From NCBI GenBank assembly GCA_041496545.1, contig JBGQET010000003.1, positions 21,208 through 85,207 on the forward strand: a stretch of 64,000 nucleotides of DNA, written 5' to 3'. Made by a program: the position numbers and the translations under genes. Below the pieces are notes generated by a model that was given only the letters and a program-made list of their open reading frames with translations, had not been told where the DNA came from and searched no databases. Source of the DNA: Candidatus Binatia bacterium (lineage in GTDB: Bacteria; Desulfobacterota; Binatia; DP-6). Shown here piece by piece: positions 1-9,653 of this stretch; positions within the stretch are counted from its first letter, which is position 1; each line of letters begins with the position of its first letter.

Positions 1-677
1 CACTCGAGCAGGAAGAGGGTGTCGAGGCGGTCGCCCCCGCGGACATCGCCGCCCATCTCGGCGGGACCCCGCTCGCCGACGAGATCGCGCCCTGGGTCGA
101 CGAGCTCGGGGCCCACGTGCGGCGCGGCCAGGAGGCTTCACGTCTGCTCCGCGCTTTGAAGCCGTCGCTCTCGGGCGTCGAGGCCATCCCGGGCGCCGGG
201 ACGCTCCGCGTGCGCGGCGTCGCCGGCGGCCTCGACCTCGCGACGGCGGCGGCGCTCGGCCCCGGCTTCGTCGCGGAGGCGGACGCGGTGGCCGCGCGCA
301 TCGCGGCGCCGCCGGTCGCCGGCTACCTCGCCTGCCTCGGCGACTTCACGGGGGCGGACATCCACTTCTGCCCCCAGTTCGGGCTCAACGTGCACGGCAA
401 GGCGCTCTACTTCGTCATCCGGACGGCCTCGGACATCTCCCTGGTGAGCGACCGCAACGTGCACGAGCGGCTGGTGCGCCTGGTCGGCTCGCTCTACACC
501 GACTGGAGCGCACGCCGCGGGCCGGGGACCGACACGCTCACGCTGACGCTCGCCGGCATGGCGGTCGCGCTGGCGCCCGACGGCGGCTTCGACGTCGTCG
601 TCCCCGCGCCGCCGGCCCGGGTGACGCTGCTCGCCGCGACGGCCGCCGGCGAGGGCACCGCGCTCGACGTCCCCTGA
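1..677 (+). CDS. hypothetical protein, 5'-truncated at window edge
   Basis: The reading frame is open from nt 3 with no upstream stop, so the ORF-track start at 117 is internal. Codon usage is typical of the GC3-rich genes here. I recognise no family. Confidence 0.5.
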   Translation, partial: LEQEEGVEAVAPADIAAHLGGTPLADEIAPWVDELGAHVRRGQEASRLLRALKPSLSGVEAIPGAGTLRVRGVAGGLDLATAAALGPGFVAEADAVAARIAAPPVAGYLACLGDFTGADIHFCPQFGLNVHGKALYFVIRTASDISLVSDRNVHERLVRLVGSLYTDWSARRGPGTDTLTLTLAGMAVALAPDGGFDVVVPAPPARVTLLAATAAGEGTALDVP

Positions 678-680
678 GCC

Positions 681-1475
681 TCAGGCCGTCGCGCCGCCGT
701 CGACTGGGAGCGCGACCCCGGTGACGTACGCGGCGGCGTCCGAGACGAGGAAGAGCGCCGCCGCCGCGATCTCCTCGGGGCGGGCGAAGCGACCCATCGG
801 GGAGCGGGCGGCGAGCGCGTCGCGCGCGGCGTCGGGCGTGGCGAAGCTCCGCAGCAGCGCCGTGTCGGTGCCGCCGGGGCAGAGGCAGTTGACCCGGATG
901 CCCTCGGGTCCCAGCTCGCGGGCCAGGGAACGCGTCAGGAGGATGACGCCGGCCTTGGCCGCGCAGTACGCTTCGTTCCGCGCTTGCGCCTCGAGCCCGG
1001 ACTGCGACGAGATGTTGAGGATGACGCCGCGCCCGCTCCGCCGCAGATGCGGCAGCGCGTGCCGGCAGCCGAGGTAGACGCCGCGCAGGTCCACGCCGAC
1101 GATGCGATCCCACTCGGGGGAGGTGAGCGCCTCGAAGGGCCGGAAGCCGCCGACGCCGGCGTTGTTGACCAGCACGTCGAGCCGCCCGAAGCGCGCCACG
1201 GCGGCCGCGACCATCGCCTCGACGTCGGGCTCCCGCGACACGTCGGCCGCGACGAACGCGGCGCGCTCGCCGAGTGCCGCGGCCGCCGCCGCGCCCGCCT
1301 CGGCGGCGACGTCGGAGAGCATCACCGCCGCGCCCTCGGCCGCGAACCGCTCCGCGATGGCGCGGCCGATGCCGGCCGCGGCGCCGGTGACCAGCGCGAC
1401 CCGACCCGACATGGCGCGGCCGATGCCGGCCGCGGCGCCGGTGACCAGCGCGACCCGACCCGAAAGGCGGCTCAT
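681..1475 (-). CDS. SDR family NAD(P)-dependent oxidoreductase (contains an in-frame 18-aa tandem duplication of the TGAAAGIG cofactor motif)
   Basis: Rossmann TGAAAGIGRA motif and NNAG, S...YxxxK-type SDR motifs. The ATG at 1475 overlaps the stop of the upstream hydrolase (ATGA). The 415-aa ORF-track call is an artefactual N-extension. Confidence 0.85.
   Translation of the reverse strand: MSRLSGRVALVTGAAAGIGRAMSGRVALVTGAAAGIGRAIAERFAAEGAAVMLSDVAAEAGAAAAAALGERAAFVAADVSREPDVEAMVAAAVARFGRLDVLVNNAGVGGFRPFEALTSPEWDRIVGVDLRGVYLGCRHALPHLRRSGRGVILNISSQSGLEAQARNEAYCAAKAGVILLTRSLARELGPEGIRVNCLCPGGTDTALLRSFATPDAARDALAARSPMGRFARPEEIAAAALFLVSDAAAYVTGVALPVDGGATA
1358..1465. repeat. 54-bp perfect tandem direct duplication inside the SDR CDS
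   Basis: atggcgcggccgatgccggccgcggcgccggtgaccagcgcgacccgacccga occurs twice back-to-back (1358-1411 and 1412-1465) with one terminal mismatch. It is in frame, 18 aa. Confidence 0.9.
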
Positions 1476-2281
1476 GCGCCGAGCGGATGGCGGGCGAGGA
1501 AGCGGAGCACGCGCTCGGTGAAGGGCTTCGACGTCTCGAGGAAGCAGGCGTGGCCGCTCGCCGGCACGACCGTCACCTCGCCGCGCGACAGCGTCGCCGC
1601 GACCATGCGCCCGTAGCGCGGCGGCGTCAGGATGTCGTCCTCGCCGACCAGCACCACGCTCGGCGTCGTGAGCAGCGGCAGGAAGGGCACGACGTCGTGC
1701 GCGAGACAGGCGTCGATCTGGCGCTGGTAGGCGGGCACCGACTTCAAGAGCCCGCGCTCGGCGAACCCCGCCTGGAGCGCCACCACCTCGGCGGGTGGCG
1801 CCTGGAAGAACCGATGCGTGAACACCCACGGCGCTTGCACGGCGAAGAACTCCGCGGGGGCGAGCCGCTCGACCAGGAAGCGCCACCCCCCGAGGATCGC
1901 GGCGAGGAGCGGGTCCGTGCGCGCCCACGTGCAGGCGAGCACGAGGCTCGCGACGCGCGGCGGGGCGGCGAGCGCCAGGTGCTGCGCGATCGCGCCGCCC
2001 ATCGACGCGCCGACCACGTGGAAGCGCTCGATGCCGAGCCCGTCCATGACGGCGAGCGCGTCGGCCGCCATGTCGCCGAGGCCGTAGGGACCGTGCGCTT
2101 CGTCGCTCGCGCCCGCGTCGCGGTTGTCGAGCAGCACCAGCCGGTAGCGGCGCGCGAGCGCCGGCCGCTGGAGCGCCCAGCCGTGGAGGTCGCCGCCGAC
2201 GCCCATGAGCATGAGCAAGGGCTCGCCGCTGCCCTCCGTCTCGTAGTGGAGCTCGAGGTCACCCACGCGCGCCCGCGGCAT
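1472..2281 (-). CDS. alpha/beta hydrolase fold protein
   Basis: HG oxyanion motif (LMLMGVGGD), nucleophile elbow GASMGG, Asp and His near the C-terminus. Start chosen at MPRARVGDLELHY (cat at 2279-2281). Confidence 0.8.
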   Translation of the reverse strand: MPRARVGDLELHYETEGSGEPLLMLMGVGGDLHGWALQRPALARRYRLVLLDNRDAGASDEAHGPYGLGDMAADALAVMDGLGIERFHVVGASMGGAIAQHLALAAPPRVASLVLACTWARTDPLLAAILGGWRFLVERLAPAEFFAVQAPWVFTHRFFQAPPAEVVALQAGFAERGLLKSVPAYQRQIDACLAHDVVPFLPLLTTPSVVLVGEDDILTPPRYGRMVAATLSRGEVTVVPASGHACFLETSKPFTERVLRFLARHPLGA

Positions 2282-2364
2282 GCGGCGGAGTCTCGCCGGG
2301 CGTGCCCGGGGTGTCAACGGTCGCGGCCCTTGCCTCGGCGCGCCGTTCCGGACCATGCTCGCGC

Positions 2365-3021
2365 ATGCAGGAGAAGTTCCTGGCCCTCACCCGCGAGCTC
2401 TACGGGTACCTCGTCGCACACAACCCGCCGCCCGACCCGGCGCTGCGCGACCTCGCGGCGGAGACGGCCGGGCTCGGCCCCATCAGCATGATGCAGATCG
2501 CCGTCGAGCAGGGCGCCTTCCTGACCCTGCTCGGCCTACTGCTCGGCGCCCGGCGCGCCATCGAGGTGGGCACCTTCACCGGTTACAGCGCGATCTCGAT
2601 CGCGCGCGGCCTGGCGCCCGGCGGCCGGCTCCTCTGCTGCGACGTGAGCGAGGAATGGACGTCGATCGCGCGTCGCTACTTCGCCCGCGCGGGCCTCGCG
2701 GACACGATCTCGCTGAAGATCGCCCCCGCGCTCGAGACGCTGCGCGCCCTCCCCAAGACGTCCGACGTGGACCTCGTCTTCATCGACGCCGACAAGACGA
2801 GCTATCGCGCCTACTACGAGGAGCTGCTCCCGCGGCTGCGCCCGAACGGCGTGATCGCCTTCGACAACGTGCTCTGGGGCGGCGCCGTCGCCGACCCGAC
2901 CGACACCTCCGACGACACGGTCGCCTTGCGCGCGCTCAACGACTTCCTCGTCACCGACACGCGCGTCGACACGGTGATGCTGCCAGTCGCCGACGGCCTC
3001 ACGCTCGCCCGCAAGCGCTGA
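2365..3021 (+). CDS. class I SAM-dependent O-methyltransferase (caffeoyl-CoA OMT-like family)
   Basis: MQEKFLALTREL..., VGTFTGYSA SAM-binding motif, DADK motif. Family 3 O-methyltransferase architecture. Confidence 0.85.
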   Translation: MQEKFLALTRELYGYLVAHNPPPDPALRDLAAETAGLGPISMMQIAVEQGAFLTLLGLLLGARRAIEVGTFTGYSAISIARGLAPGGRLLCCDVSEEWTSIARRYFARAGLADTISLKIAPALETLRALPKTSDVDLVFIDADKTSYRAYYEELLPRLRPNGVIAFDNVLWGGAVADPTDTSDDTVALRALNDFLVTDTRVDTVMLPVADGLTLARKR

Positions 3022-3030
3022 GCGCGCCGC

Positions 3031-3912
3031 TCAGCGGTGGACGCTGGCGCGGAGCGCGGCGCGCGCGTCCGGGTACCGCCAGCGGAAGCCATGCCCCGTG
3101 GCCGCGGCCGGCAGGACGCGCTGCCCCGTGAGCAGCATGTCGGCCATCTCGCCGAGCGCGAGCCGCAGTGCTACGGCCGGCGCGCGCAGCGCCGCCGGGC
3201 GCGCCAGCACGTCGCCCAGCGCGCGGCTGAACTCCGCGTTGGTGACCGGCTGCGGTGCGGTGGCGTTGACGGCGCCCTGCCACGTCTCGCGGGCGAGCGC
3301 TTCCAGCACGAGGCCGATCACGTCGTCGCGGTGGATCCACGACATCCACTGCCGGCCGCCGCCGAGCGGGCCGCCGACGAAGGCGCGGAACGGCGGCAGC
3401 ATGCGCGCGAGCGCGCCGCCCTCGCGCGCCAGCACGACCCCGATGCGGAGCCGGACGGTGCGCACGCCGAGCGCTTCGGCGCGGAGCGCCTCCGCCTCCC
3501 ACGCCGCGCACACCTCGGCGAGGAAGCCCGCACCGGCCGGCGCACTCTCGTCGAGCGGCTCGTCGCCGTGCGGGCCGTAGTAGCCGACCGCCGAGCCGCT
3601 CACGAAAACTGCCGGCCGTGCCGGCGCGGCCCCCATCGCGTCCACCAGCGCGCGCGTCGCCTGCACGCGGCTCTCGAGGATGCGGCGCTTCTGGGCCGCG
3701 CTCCAGCGGCGCGCCGCGATCGGCTCGCCGGCGAGGTTCACCACCGCGCCCGCGCCGGCGACGGCGGCGCCCACCGCGTCCCAGCCGACGGCGCCTGCGC
3801 CGCGATTTGCCGAGTCACGGCTGACTACGACGACCTCGTGTCCGGCAGCCGACAGCGCCTCGCGGAGCGGCGCGCCGATGAACCCGGTCCCGCCCGTCAG
3901 CACGACCCGCAC
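3031..3912 (-). CDS. TIGR01777-family NAD-dependent epimerase/dehydratase (YfcH-like, DUF1731 C-terminus)
   Basis: N-terminal VLTGGTGFIG Rossmann motif, about 293 aa, typical YfcH-like length and C-terminal region. Confidence 0.85.
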   Translation of the reverse strand: MRVVLTGGTGFIGAPLREALSAAGHEVVVVSRDSANRGAGAVGWDAVGAAVAGAGAVVNLAGEPIAARRWSAAQKRRILESRVQATRALVDAMGAAPARPAVFVSGSAVGYYGPHGDEPLDESAPAGAGFLAEVCAAWEAEALRAEALGVRTVRLRIGVVLAREGGALARMLPPFRAFVGGPLGGGRQWMSWIHRDDVIGLVLEALARETWQGAVNATAPQPVTNAEFSRALGDVLARPAALRAPAVALRLALGEMADMLLTGQRVLPAAATGHGFRWRYPDARAALRASVHR

Positions 3913-3924
3913 GGGGCCCTTTTC

Positions 3925-5364
3925 TCACAAGCTGTGCGTCGAGTGAAACAGTCGATTGCCGGCGCCGGCGAGGAGCGCGAGGTTGTTGCGCAGCATCGCC
4001 GGGCGGAAGGCGGGGAAGTCGTGGAAGAAGCGACTGTGGCGCGCGGCACGCGGGTCGAAGTAGAGCTTCACGCTCTCCCAGAGCATGGTGCGCGCGATCT
4101 GTGCGCTCGACAGGTGCCGCGTGCGGACGTTCGCCATGTAGCCGTTGTAGCGCGCCAGGTCGTCGGGGTTCGTGACCAGCCCCTCGGCGAGCAGCTGGTC
4201 GCGCATCTCCGTCCGCGGATAGGGCGTCAGGCACTGCACGATCGGGAAGTCGAGCCGGAGCCCGCGGGCGTAGCGGAAGGTGCGGCGGATGGCGGCGCGG
4301 TCGTCGTCGGGGAGGCCTACGATGAAGCCGCCGACGGCCTTGATGCCGTTGTCCTGGAGGAGGCGGACGGCGCGCGGCGTCTCGTCCTCCGTCTTGCCGC
4401 GCTTGGGCGCGATGTCGAGCGCGGCGACGTTGGCGTCCTCGGCGTTCTCGATGCCCATGAAGACGGTGTCGAAACCCGCGCGCGCCATCTTCGGCGCCAG
4501 CGCCGGGTCCTTCGCGATGCCGTGCACGGACGCTTGCACGATGTAGCGGAGGTGGGAGAGCCGGGCGGCGTGAATCTCGTCGCACAGCTCCTTGAAGCGC
4601 GGCACGTCGATGGTGATGTTGTCGTCGACGAAGAAGACGCCGCGCACGCCGCGGCCGTCGAGGGCGCGCAGGTCCTCCAGCACGCGCGGGATGGGGAAGC
4701 GCCGGAACGTGCGCCCGTACATGCGGCGGATGGAGCAAAAGGTGCACGGCAGCGGGCAGCCGCGCGTCGTCTCCGCGACGTCGAAGCTGCGGTCGAAGTA
4801 GAAGGCGCCGCCGTAGACGCGCGCCTCCCGGCGCGGGAGCGGGAGCGAGTCGAGCTGGAGGAGGTCGCCGTCGGGGTTGTGATGCCAGCCATCGGGGCCG
4901 CGCCACGAGAACCCGGGGATGGCGCCGAGGTCGAGGCCGCTCCCCGCGAGACCGTCCACCAGCGCCCGGAAGGCAACCTCGCCCTCGCCGCGCACCAGGA
5001 AGTCGAAGAGCGCCCCGTCGCGCGCCGCCACCTGGTCGGCGAGCACGGTGGCGTGGTAGCCGCCGAGGACGTGGAGCGCGTGCGGTGCGGCGGCCCGCAC
5101 GGCGCCGGCGAGCAACCGCGCCGTCGCGTACTGGAACGACATCGCGGAGTAGCCGACCAGGTCCGGCTCGAAGCGCGCCACTTCGTCCAGCACGCGGCGG
5201 CGCACGCCCTTCGGGCGCAGCACGAGGTCGAGGATGCGCACCTCGTGCTCCGGGATCTGCGCCGCGATCGAGCAGAGCCCCAGGTTCGGGAACTTCATCA
5301 CCCGGTCGAGCGACGAAGCGGTGTCCGGCATGGCGACGAGCAGCACGCGCATGCCGGGGCCCAT
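3925..5364 (-). CDS. B12-binding domain radical SAM protein
   Basis: N-terminal cobalamin-binding-like domain (MRVLLVAMPD...). CxxxCxxC radical SAM motif (CPLPCTFCS). Start at MGPGMRV (cat 5362-5364) or MRV (5352). The upstream 160 aa of the ORF-track frame is an Arg-rich artefact. Confidence 0.85.
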   Translation of the reverse strand: MGPGMRVLLVAMPDTASSLDRVMKFPNLGLCSIAAQIPEHEVRILDLVLRPKGVRRRVLDEVARFEPDLVGYSAMSFQYATARLLAGAVRAAAPHALHVLGGYHATVLADQVAARDGALFDFLVRGEGEVAFRALVDGLAGSGLDLGAIPGFSWRGPDGWHHNPDGDLLQLDSLPLPRREARVYGGAFYFDRSFDVAETTRGCPLPCTFCSIRRMYGRTFRRFPIPRVLEDLRALDGRGVRGVFFVDDNITIDVPRFKELCDEIHAARLSHLRYIVQASVHGIAKDPALAPKMARAGFDTVFMGIENAEDANVAALDIAPKRGKTEDETPRAVRLLQDNGIKAVGGFIVGLPDDDRAAIRRTFRYARGLRLDFPIVQCLTPYPRTEMRDQLLAEGLVTNPDDLARYNGYMANVRTRHLSSAQIARTMLWESVKLYFDPRAARHSRFFHDFPAFRPAMLRNNLALLAGAGNRLFHSTHSL

Positions 5365-5384
5365 CGCGCGACGCCGCCGCGGTG

Positions 5385-5798
5385 TCAATCCGGGTCGGCG
5401 AGGGGAAGGAGCGCGAGCGCGGCGGCGAGCACCCAGTCGGTCACCACGCAGGGCAGCGGCAGCCACTCGTGGCGCGGCGGCGAGAGGACGGGCGCGACGT
5501 GCAGCAGGTCCCACACGCCGTGGGCCGCGAGCCCGACGATGACGATCGTCCGCAGGCGGCGGACGCCGCCCGTCAAGCCGAGCACACCCGCGCCGAGCAG
5601 GAGGCCGTTGACGCCGATCTCGAGGCCGGCGCGCAGCGGCGGGCGCCCGACGCCGTCGATCTGGTAGTAGCCCGCCGCCGCGATCAGGACGGCGCCGCTC
5701 ACCTGCACCAGCGCCACGCGGAAGGGCACAGCGGCCATGCGCGCGACGACGGCGGCGAGCCCGAACGCCGCGAGGAGGAAGCCGAGGGCGAGGAGCAC
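5385..5798 (-). CDS. hypothetical small membrane protein
   Basis: Four predicted hydrophobic helices. It sits directly upstream of the radical SAM gene on the same strand, 21 bp away. No recognised family. Confidence 0.45.
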   Translation of the reverse strand: MLLALGFLLAAFGLAAVVARMAAVPFRVALVQVSGAVLIAAAGYYQIDGVGRPPLRAGLEIGVNGLLLGAGVLGLTGGVRRLRTIVIVGLAAHGVWDLLHVAPVLSPPRHEWLPLPCVVTDWVLAAALALLPLADPD

Positions 5799-5821
5799 GG
5801 GAGTATGCTAGTGGTCCCGCC

Positions 5822-6763
5822 GTGCCGATGCACGTGGTCGTGGAGGGTCTCACCAAGCGCTACGGTGCCCGCGTGGCGCTCGCGGGCGTGTCGTTCACGG
5901 TCGCGGCGGGCGAGGTCGTGGGGCTCCTCGGGCCGAACGGCGCCGGCAAGTCGACGACCCTCGGCGTCCTCGCCACGCTCCTCTCCTTCGACGCCGGCAC
6001 GGTGGCCGTCGCGGGTCACCGGCTGCCGGCCGAGGCCGCGGCCGTGCGCGCCGGGCTGGGCTTCGTCCCCCAGCAGCTCGCCGTCTACCCGACGCTCACC
6101 GCGTCCGAGAACCTGCGCTTCTTCGGCCGGAACCTGGGGCTCGGGGCGCACGCCGCGGCCGCCGCCCGGGAGGTGCTCGAGCGGGTGGGGCTCGCGGACC
6201 GCGCGGACGAGCCGGTGGAGCGGTTCTCGATCGGCATGCGACGGCGGCTGAGCCTCGCCTGCGGCATCCTCCACCGGCCGCGACTCGTGCTCCTCGACGA
6301 GCCCGTGGTCGGCGTCGACCCGCAGTCGCGCGAGCGCGTGTTCGCCGCCGTCAGCGCGCTCGCCGGCGCCGGGGCCGCCGTGCTCTACAGCACCCACCAG
6401 ATGGAGGAAGCCGAGCGCCTCTGCCAGCGCGTGGTGCTGCTCGACGCGGGAAGCGTCCGCGCCGAGGGCACGCCCGCGGCGATGATCGCGCGTACGGGCA
6501 TCACCCCGCGGGTCGCGCTTCGCACCGCGCGGCCCCTGCCCGACGGCTGGCTGGCGGGCGTGCCGTCGGCCGAGCCGGCCGCTCATCACGACGGGGCGAC
6601 GGTCGTCGCGGTGCGCGACCCGACGATCGTCCCCGCCGTGCTCGCCGCCGCCGCGCGCGCCGGTGGCGAGGTGCTCGAGTTCTCGCTCACCCGGCCGAAC
6701 CTCGCGGACGCGTTCTTCGCGCTCACCGGCCACGCGCTCCGCGACGACGACGGGGCGGCGTGA
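5822..6763 (+). CDS. ABC transporter ATP-binding protein (ABC-2/DrrA-like)
   Basis: Walker A GPNGAGKST, ABC signature SIGMRRRL, Walker B LLDEP, H-loop. Confidence 0.9.
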   Translation: MPMHVVVEGLTKRYGARVALAGVSFTVAAGEVVGLLGPNGAGKSTTLGVLATLLSFDAGTVAVAGHRLPAEAAAVRAGLGFVPQQLAVYPTLTASENLRFFGRNLGLGAHAAAAAREVLERVGLADRADEPVERFSIGMRRRLSLACGILHRPRLVLLDEPVVGVDPQSRERVFAAVSALAGAGAAVLYSTHQMEEAERLCQRVVLLDAGSVRAEGTPAAMIARTGITPRVALRTARPLPDGWLAGVPSAEPAAHHDGATVVAVRDPTIVPAVLAAAARAGGEVLEFSLTRPNLADAFFALTGHALRDDDGAA

Positions 6764-8382
6764 TGCTCGACGCCTTCCTCGCCGCGCTCGGGAAGGACAT
6801 CCGCTTGCTGGTGCGCGACCGCGTCGGGATGGTCTTCTTGACGCTCGCACCGATCGTCGTCATCACCGTCGCCGGGCTCTCCCTCGCGAACCTCTACGGC
6901 GCGGGCCCCGCGTTCGTCCTCCCGCTGCTGGACGAGGACGGCGGCGCGGCCGGTCGCGGGATCGCCGAGCGCCTCGCACGCGAGACGCGTGTTCGCGTCG
7001 AGCCGGTCGCGACCCGCGACGCGGCCCGCGCGCGCGTGCGTGCCAAGCAGGCCCCCGCGGCGCTCGTCGTACCGGCCGGGACCTCAGCCGCGCTGGCCGC
7101 CGGAGGCGACGCCCGGCTCCTCGTCTACACCGACCCCGTCCGCACCATCCAGCTCGGCGCCGTGCGGCTCCTCGTCCAGGAGCTGCGCCACGGGCTCGAG
7201 GAGACGTCGCGCGCCGAGGCGGCGCGGGCGCTCGAGCGCGCCCGCGCGGAGGCCGCGGCGGCACGCGAGCGACTCGAAGACGCCGGGCGCGAGCTTCGCG
7301 CCCGACTCGACGAGACGCGCACCCGCCTGGAGGCGACGCACGCCGAAGCGGTGCGGCGCACGGCCGACGCACGGCAGGAAGCCGAGCGGACGCTCGCCCG
7401 CGTCGGCGCCGCGCGCACCCGGCTCGCCGAGGAGCAGGGCGCGCTGCGAGCGTTCCTCGCCGACCTCGCCACGCGCCGCCGGGCATTCGCCGACTGGCTC
7501 GCCGCCGTCCGCGAGCGCGCCGGCCGCCTGGCCGACAACATCCCGCCGCCGCCCGAGCCGCCCGCGGTGCCGCCGGATCTGGCCGCGCTCGCCGAGGGCG
7601 ACGGGGCGGCGCTCGCGACGCTGCTGCCCGACGACCTGCGCTTGCCCGCGCTTCCCGCGCCGCCGTCGCTCCCACCCCTTCCCGACCTCACGCTGCCGAC
7701 GCCGCCGGAGCCGCCCGCCGCTTCCCTGCCCGGCGCGCTCGCCATCGAGGAAACGAGCGTCACCGCGCCGGGGCCGGCCAACACCTTCGACCAGAACGTG
7801 CCCGGCTTCAGCGTCACGTTCCTCCTCCTCGGCGTGCTGCTCGGCGTGTCGCTCGCGCTGCTCGACGAGCGCGACTGGGGCACGCTCGACCGCCTGCGGA
7901 CGACACCGACGCCGCTCGCCGTGCCGCTCCTCGCCAAGCTCACCGCGCGTGTCCTGGTCGGGCTCGGGCAGATGGCGCTCCTCTTCACCGTCGGGCGGCT
8001 CGCCTTCGGCATCTCGCTCGGGCCCGAGCCGTGGGCGCTCGCGCTGCCGACGGCGGGCATCGTCCTCGCCGGCACGGCGTTCGGCCTCGTCGTCGCCGCC
8101 CTCACGCGGAGCCGGGAGGCCGTGCTGCCCGTCGGCTCGATCGTCATCCTCACCATGGCGGCGGCTGGCGGCTGCTGGTGGCCGATCGACCTCGAGCCGC
8201 ACTGGATGCAGACCGCGGCGCTCGCCTTCCCCACCACCTGGGCGATGGACGCCTACAACGACCTCATGATCCGCCGCCAGCCGGCGGCCGCCGTCGTGGG
8301 CGCGACCCTCGTGCTGGTGGCGTACGCCGGGCTCTACCTCGGCGTCGGCCTGGCGCTCTTCCGCCGCCGCGCGCTTCGCTGA
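6760..8382 (+). CDS. ABC-2 family transporter permease with large extracytoplasmic coiled-coil/Pro-rich insert
   Basis: TGATG overlap with the ATPase gene. One N-terminal TM, then a roughly 330-aa Ala/Arg/Glu-rich coiled-coil and PPPEPP region, then 5 C-terminal TM helices. ABC-2 (YhgE/Pip-like) topology. Confidence 0.85.
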   Translation: MMLDAFLAALGKDIRLLVRDRVGMVFLTLAPIVVITVAGLSLANLYGAGPAFVLPLLDEDGGAAGRGIAERLARETRVRVEPVATRDAARARVRAKQAPAALVVPAGTSAALAAGGDARLLVYTDPVRTIQLGAVRLLVQELRHGLEETSRAEAARALERARAEAAAARERLEDAGRELRARLDETRTRLEATHAEAVRRTADARQEAERTLARVGAARTRLAEEQGALRAFLADLATRRRAFADWLAAVRERAGRLADNIPPPPEPPAVPPDLAALAEGDGAALATLLPDDLRLPALPAPPSLPPLPDLTLPTPPEPPAASLPGALAIEETSVTAPGPANTFDQNVPGFSVTFLLLGVLLGVSLALLDERDWGTLDRLRTTPTPLAVPLLAKLTARVLVGLGQMALLFTVGRLAFGISLGPEPWALALPTAGIVLAGTAFGLVVAALTRSREAVLPVGSIVILTMAAAGGCWWPIDLEPHWMQTAALAFPTTWAMDAYNDLMIRRQPAAAVVGATLVLVAYAGLYLGVGLALFRRRALR

Positions 8383-8426
8383 CCGGCTCTTGCGTCGCGC
8401 AGGCGGGTCGTGAGAAGCCCGCGGTC

Positions 8427-9638
8427 ATGTCCATGCCACTCGAGGGCATCCACGTCGTCGACTGGACGATCTGGCAGCAAGGCCCCGTCGCCTCGGTCAT
8501 GCTCGGCGACCTCGGCGCCGACGTCATCAAGGTGGAGGAGCGGGTCGGGGGCGACCCGGGGCGCGGCGTGCTGCGCGCCCAGGGCATCGACCTCCGCGAC
8601 CGGCCGAACTTCTACTTCGAGGCCAACAACCGTAACAAGAAGTCGATCGCGGTGGACCTGAAGAAGCCGGAAGGCGTCGAGATCGTGCGCAAGCTGACGG
8701 ACACCGCCGACGTCTTCGTGCAGAACTTCCGCAAGGGCGTCGCCAACCGGCTCGGGCTCGGCGCGGCGACGCTGCGCGAGCGCAACCGCCGCCTCGTCTA
8801 CGCGAGCGCGACGGGCTACGGCCCCGAGGGCCCGGAGAGCGCGGCGCCGTCCTTCGACTACCTCGGCCTCGCACGCTCCGGCATCATGATGGCGGCCGGC
8901 GAGCCGGACGACCCGCCGCTCGCGATCGCGGGCGGCATCGCCGACCAGATGGGCGCCGTCATGCTCGCCTACGGCGTCCTCGCCGCGCTCTTCGCGCGCG
9001 AGCGGACGGGCCGCGGCCAGGAGGTCGACGCCTCGCACCTGGGCTCCATGAGCTGGCTCCAGGGCCTCGGCCTCTCGGCGCGGCTGATGCTCGGCCGCTC
9101 CCTGCCCCGCCAGTCGCGCCGCTTCACAACCAACCCGCTCTGGAACCACTACCGCTGCGCCGACGGCGACTGGCTGGCGCTCAGCATGCTCCAGCCCGAC
9201 CGCTACTGGAAGCAGTTCTGCGCCGTGCTCGAGATCCCGGAGGCGGCGGAGGACCCGCGCTTCGCCACCATGCTCGAGCGCATGGGCAACTGCGGCGACT
9301 GCATCGCCATGATCGACGCCGCGTTCGCGCGCCGCCCGCGCGCCGAGTGGCTGGAGCGGTTTGCGAAAGGCGGCGACTTCATCGTCTCGGTGGTGAACTC
9401 GGTGGACGACCTGCCCGCCGACCCGCAGATGCTCGCCAACGACTACGTCACCACCTTCGAGCACCCGAGCTTCGGGCCGACCAAGGTGGTGGGCATCCCC
9501 GTGCGCCTGAGCGACACGCCGGGGTCGCTGCGGCTGCCGGCGCCGGAGTTCGGCCAGCACACGGAAGAGGTGCTGACCGGGCTGCTCGGCTACTCGTGGG
9601 AGGACGTGCGCCGGCTGCGCGACGCCGAGGTGATCTGA
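8427..9638 (+). CDS. CoA transferase family III (CaiB/BaiF-like)
   Basis: MSMPLEGIHVVD..., a conserved Asp region and typical length of 403 aa. The 991-aa ORF-track frame is real only from 8427. Confidence 0.9.
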   Translation: MSMPLEGIHVVDWTIWQQGPVASVMLGDLGADVIKVEERVGGDPGRGVLRAQGIDLRDRPNFYFEANNRNKKSIAVDLKKPEGVEIVRKLTDTADVFVQNFRKGVANRLGLGAATLRERNRRLVYASATGYGPEGPESAAPSFDYLGLARSGIMMAAGEPDDPPLAIAGGIADQMGAVMLAYGVLAALFARERTGRGQEVDASHLGSMSWLQGLGLSARLMLGRSLPRQSRRFTTNPLWNHYRCADGDWLALSMLQPDRYWKQFCAVLEIPEAAEDPRFATMLERMGNCGDCIAMIDAAFARRPRAEWLERFAKGGDFIVSVVNSVDDLPADPQMLANDYVTTFEHPSFGPTKVVGIPVRLSDTPGSLRLPAPEFGQHTEEVLTGLLGYSWEDVRRLRDAEVI

Positions 9639-9653
9639 TTCGCGGCGTGACGC

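Noticed and set aside
3037-5667. 876-aa ORF on + strand
   Set aside because: It is antisense to the B12-radical SAM and epimerase genes. It has Arg/Ala/Gly-rich low-complexity translation typical of off-frame reading in high-GC DNA and no domain signature.
6663-9638. 991-aa continuous frame
   Set aside because: Only the last 404 aa (from ATG 8427) look like a real protein (CoA transferase). The upstream part overlaps the ABC permease in another frame and is Arg/Pro-rich junk.
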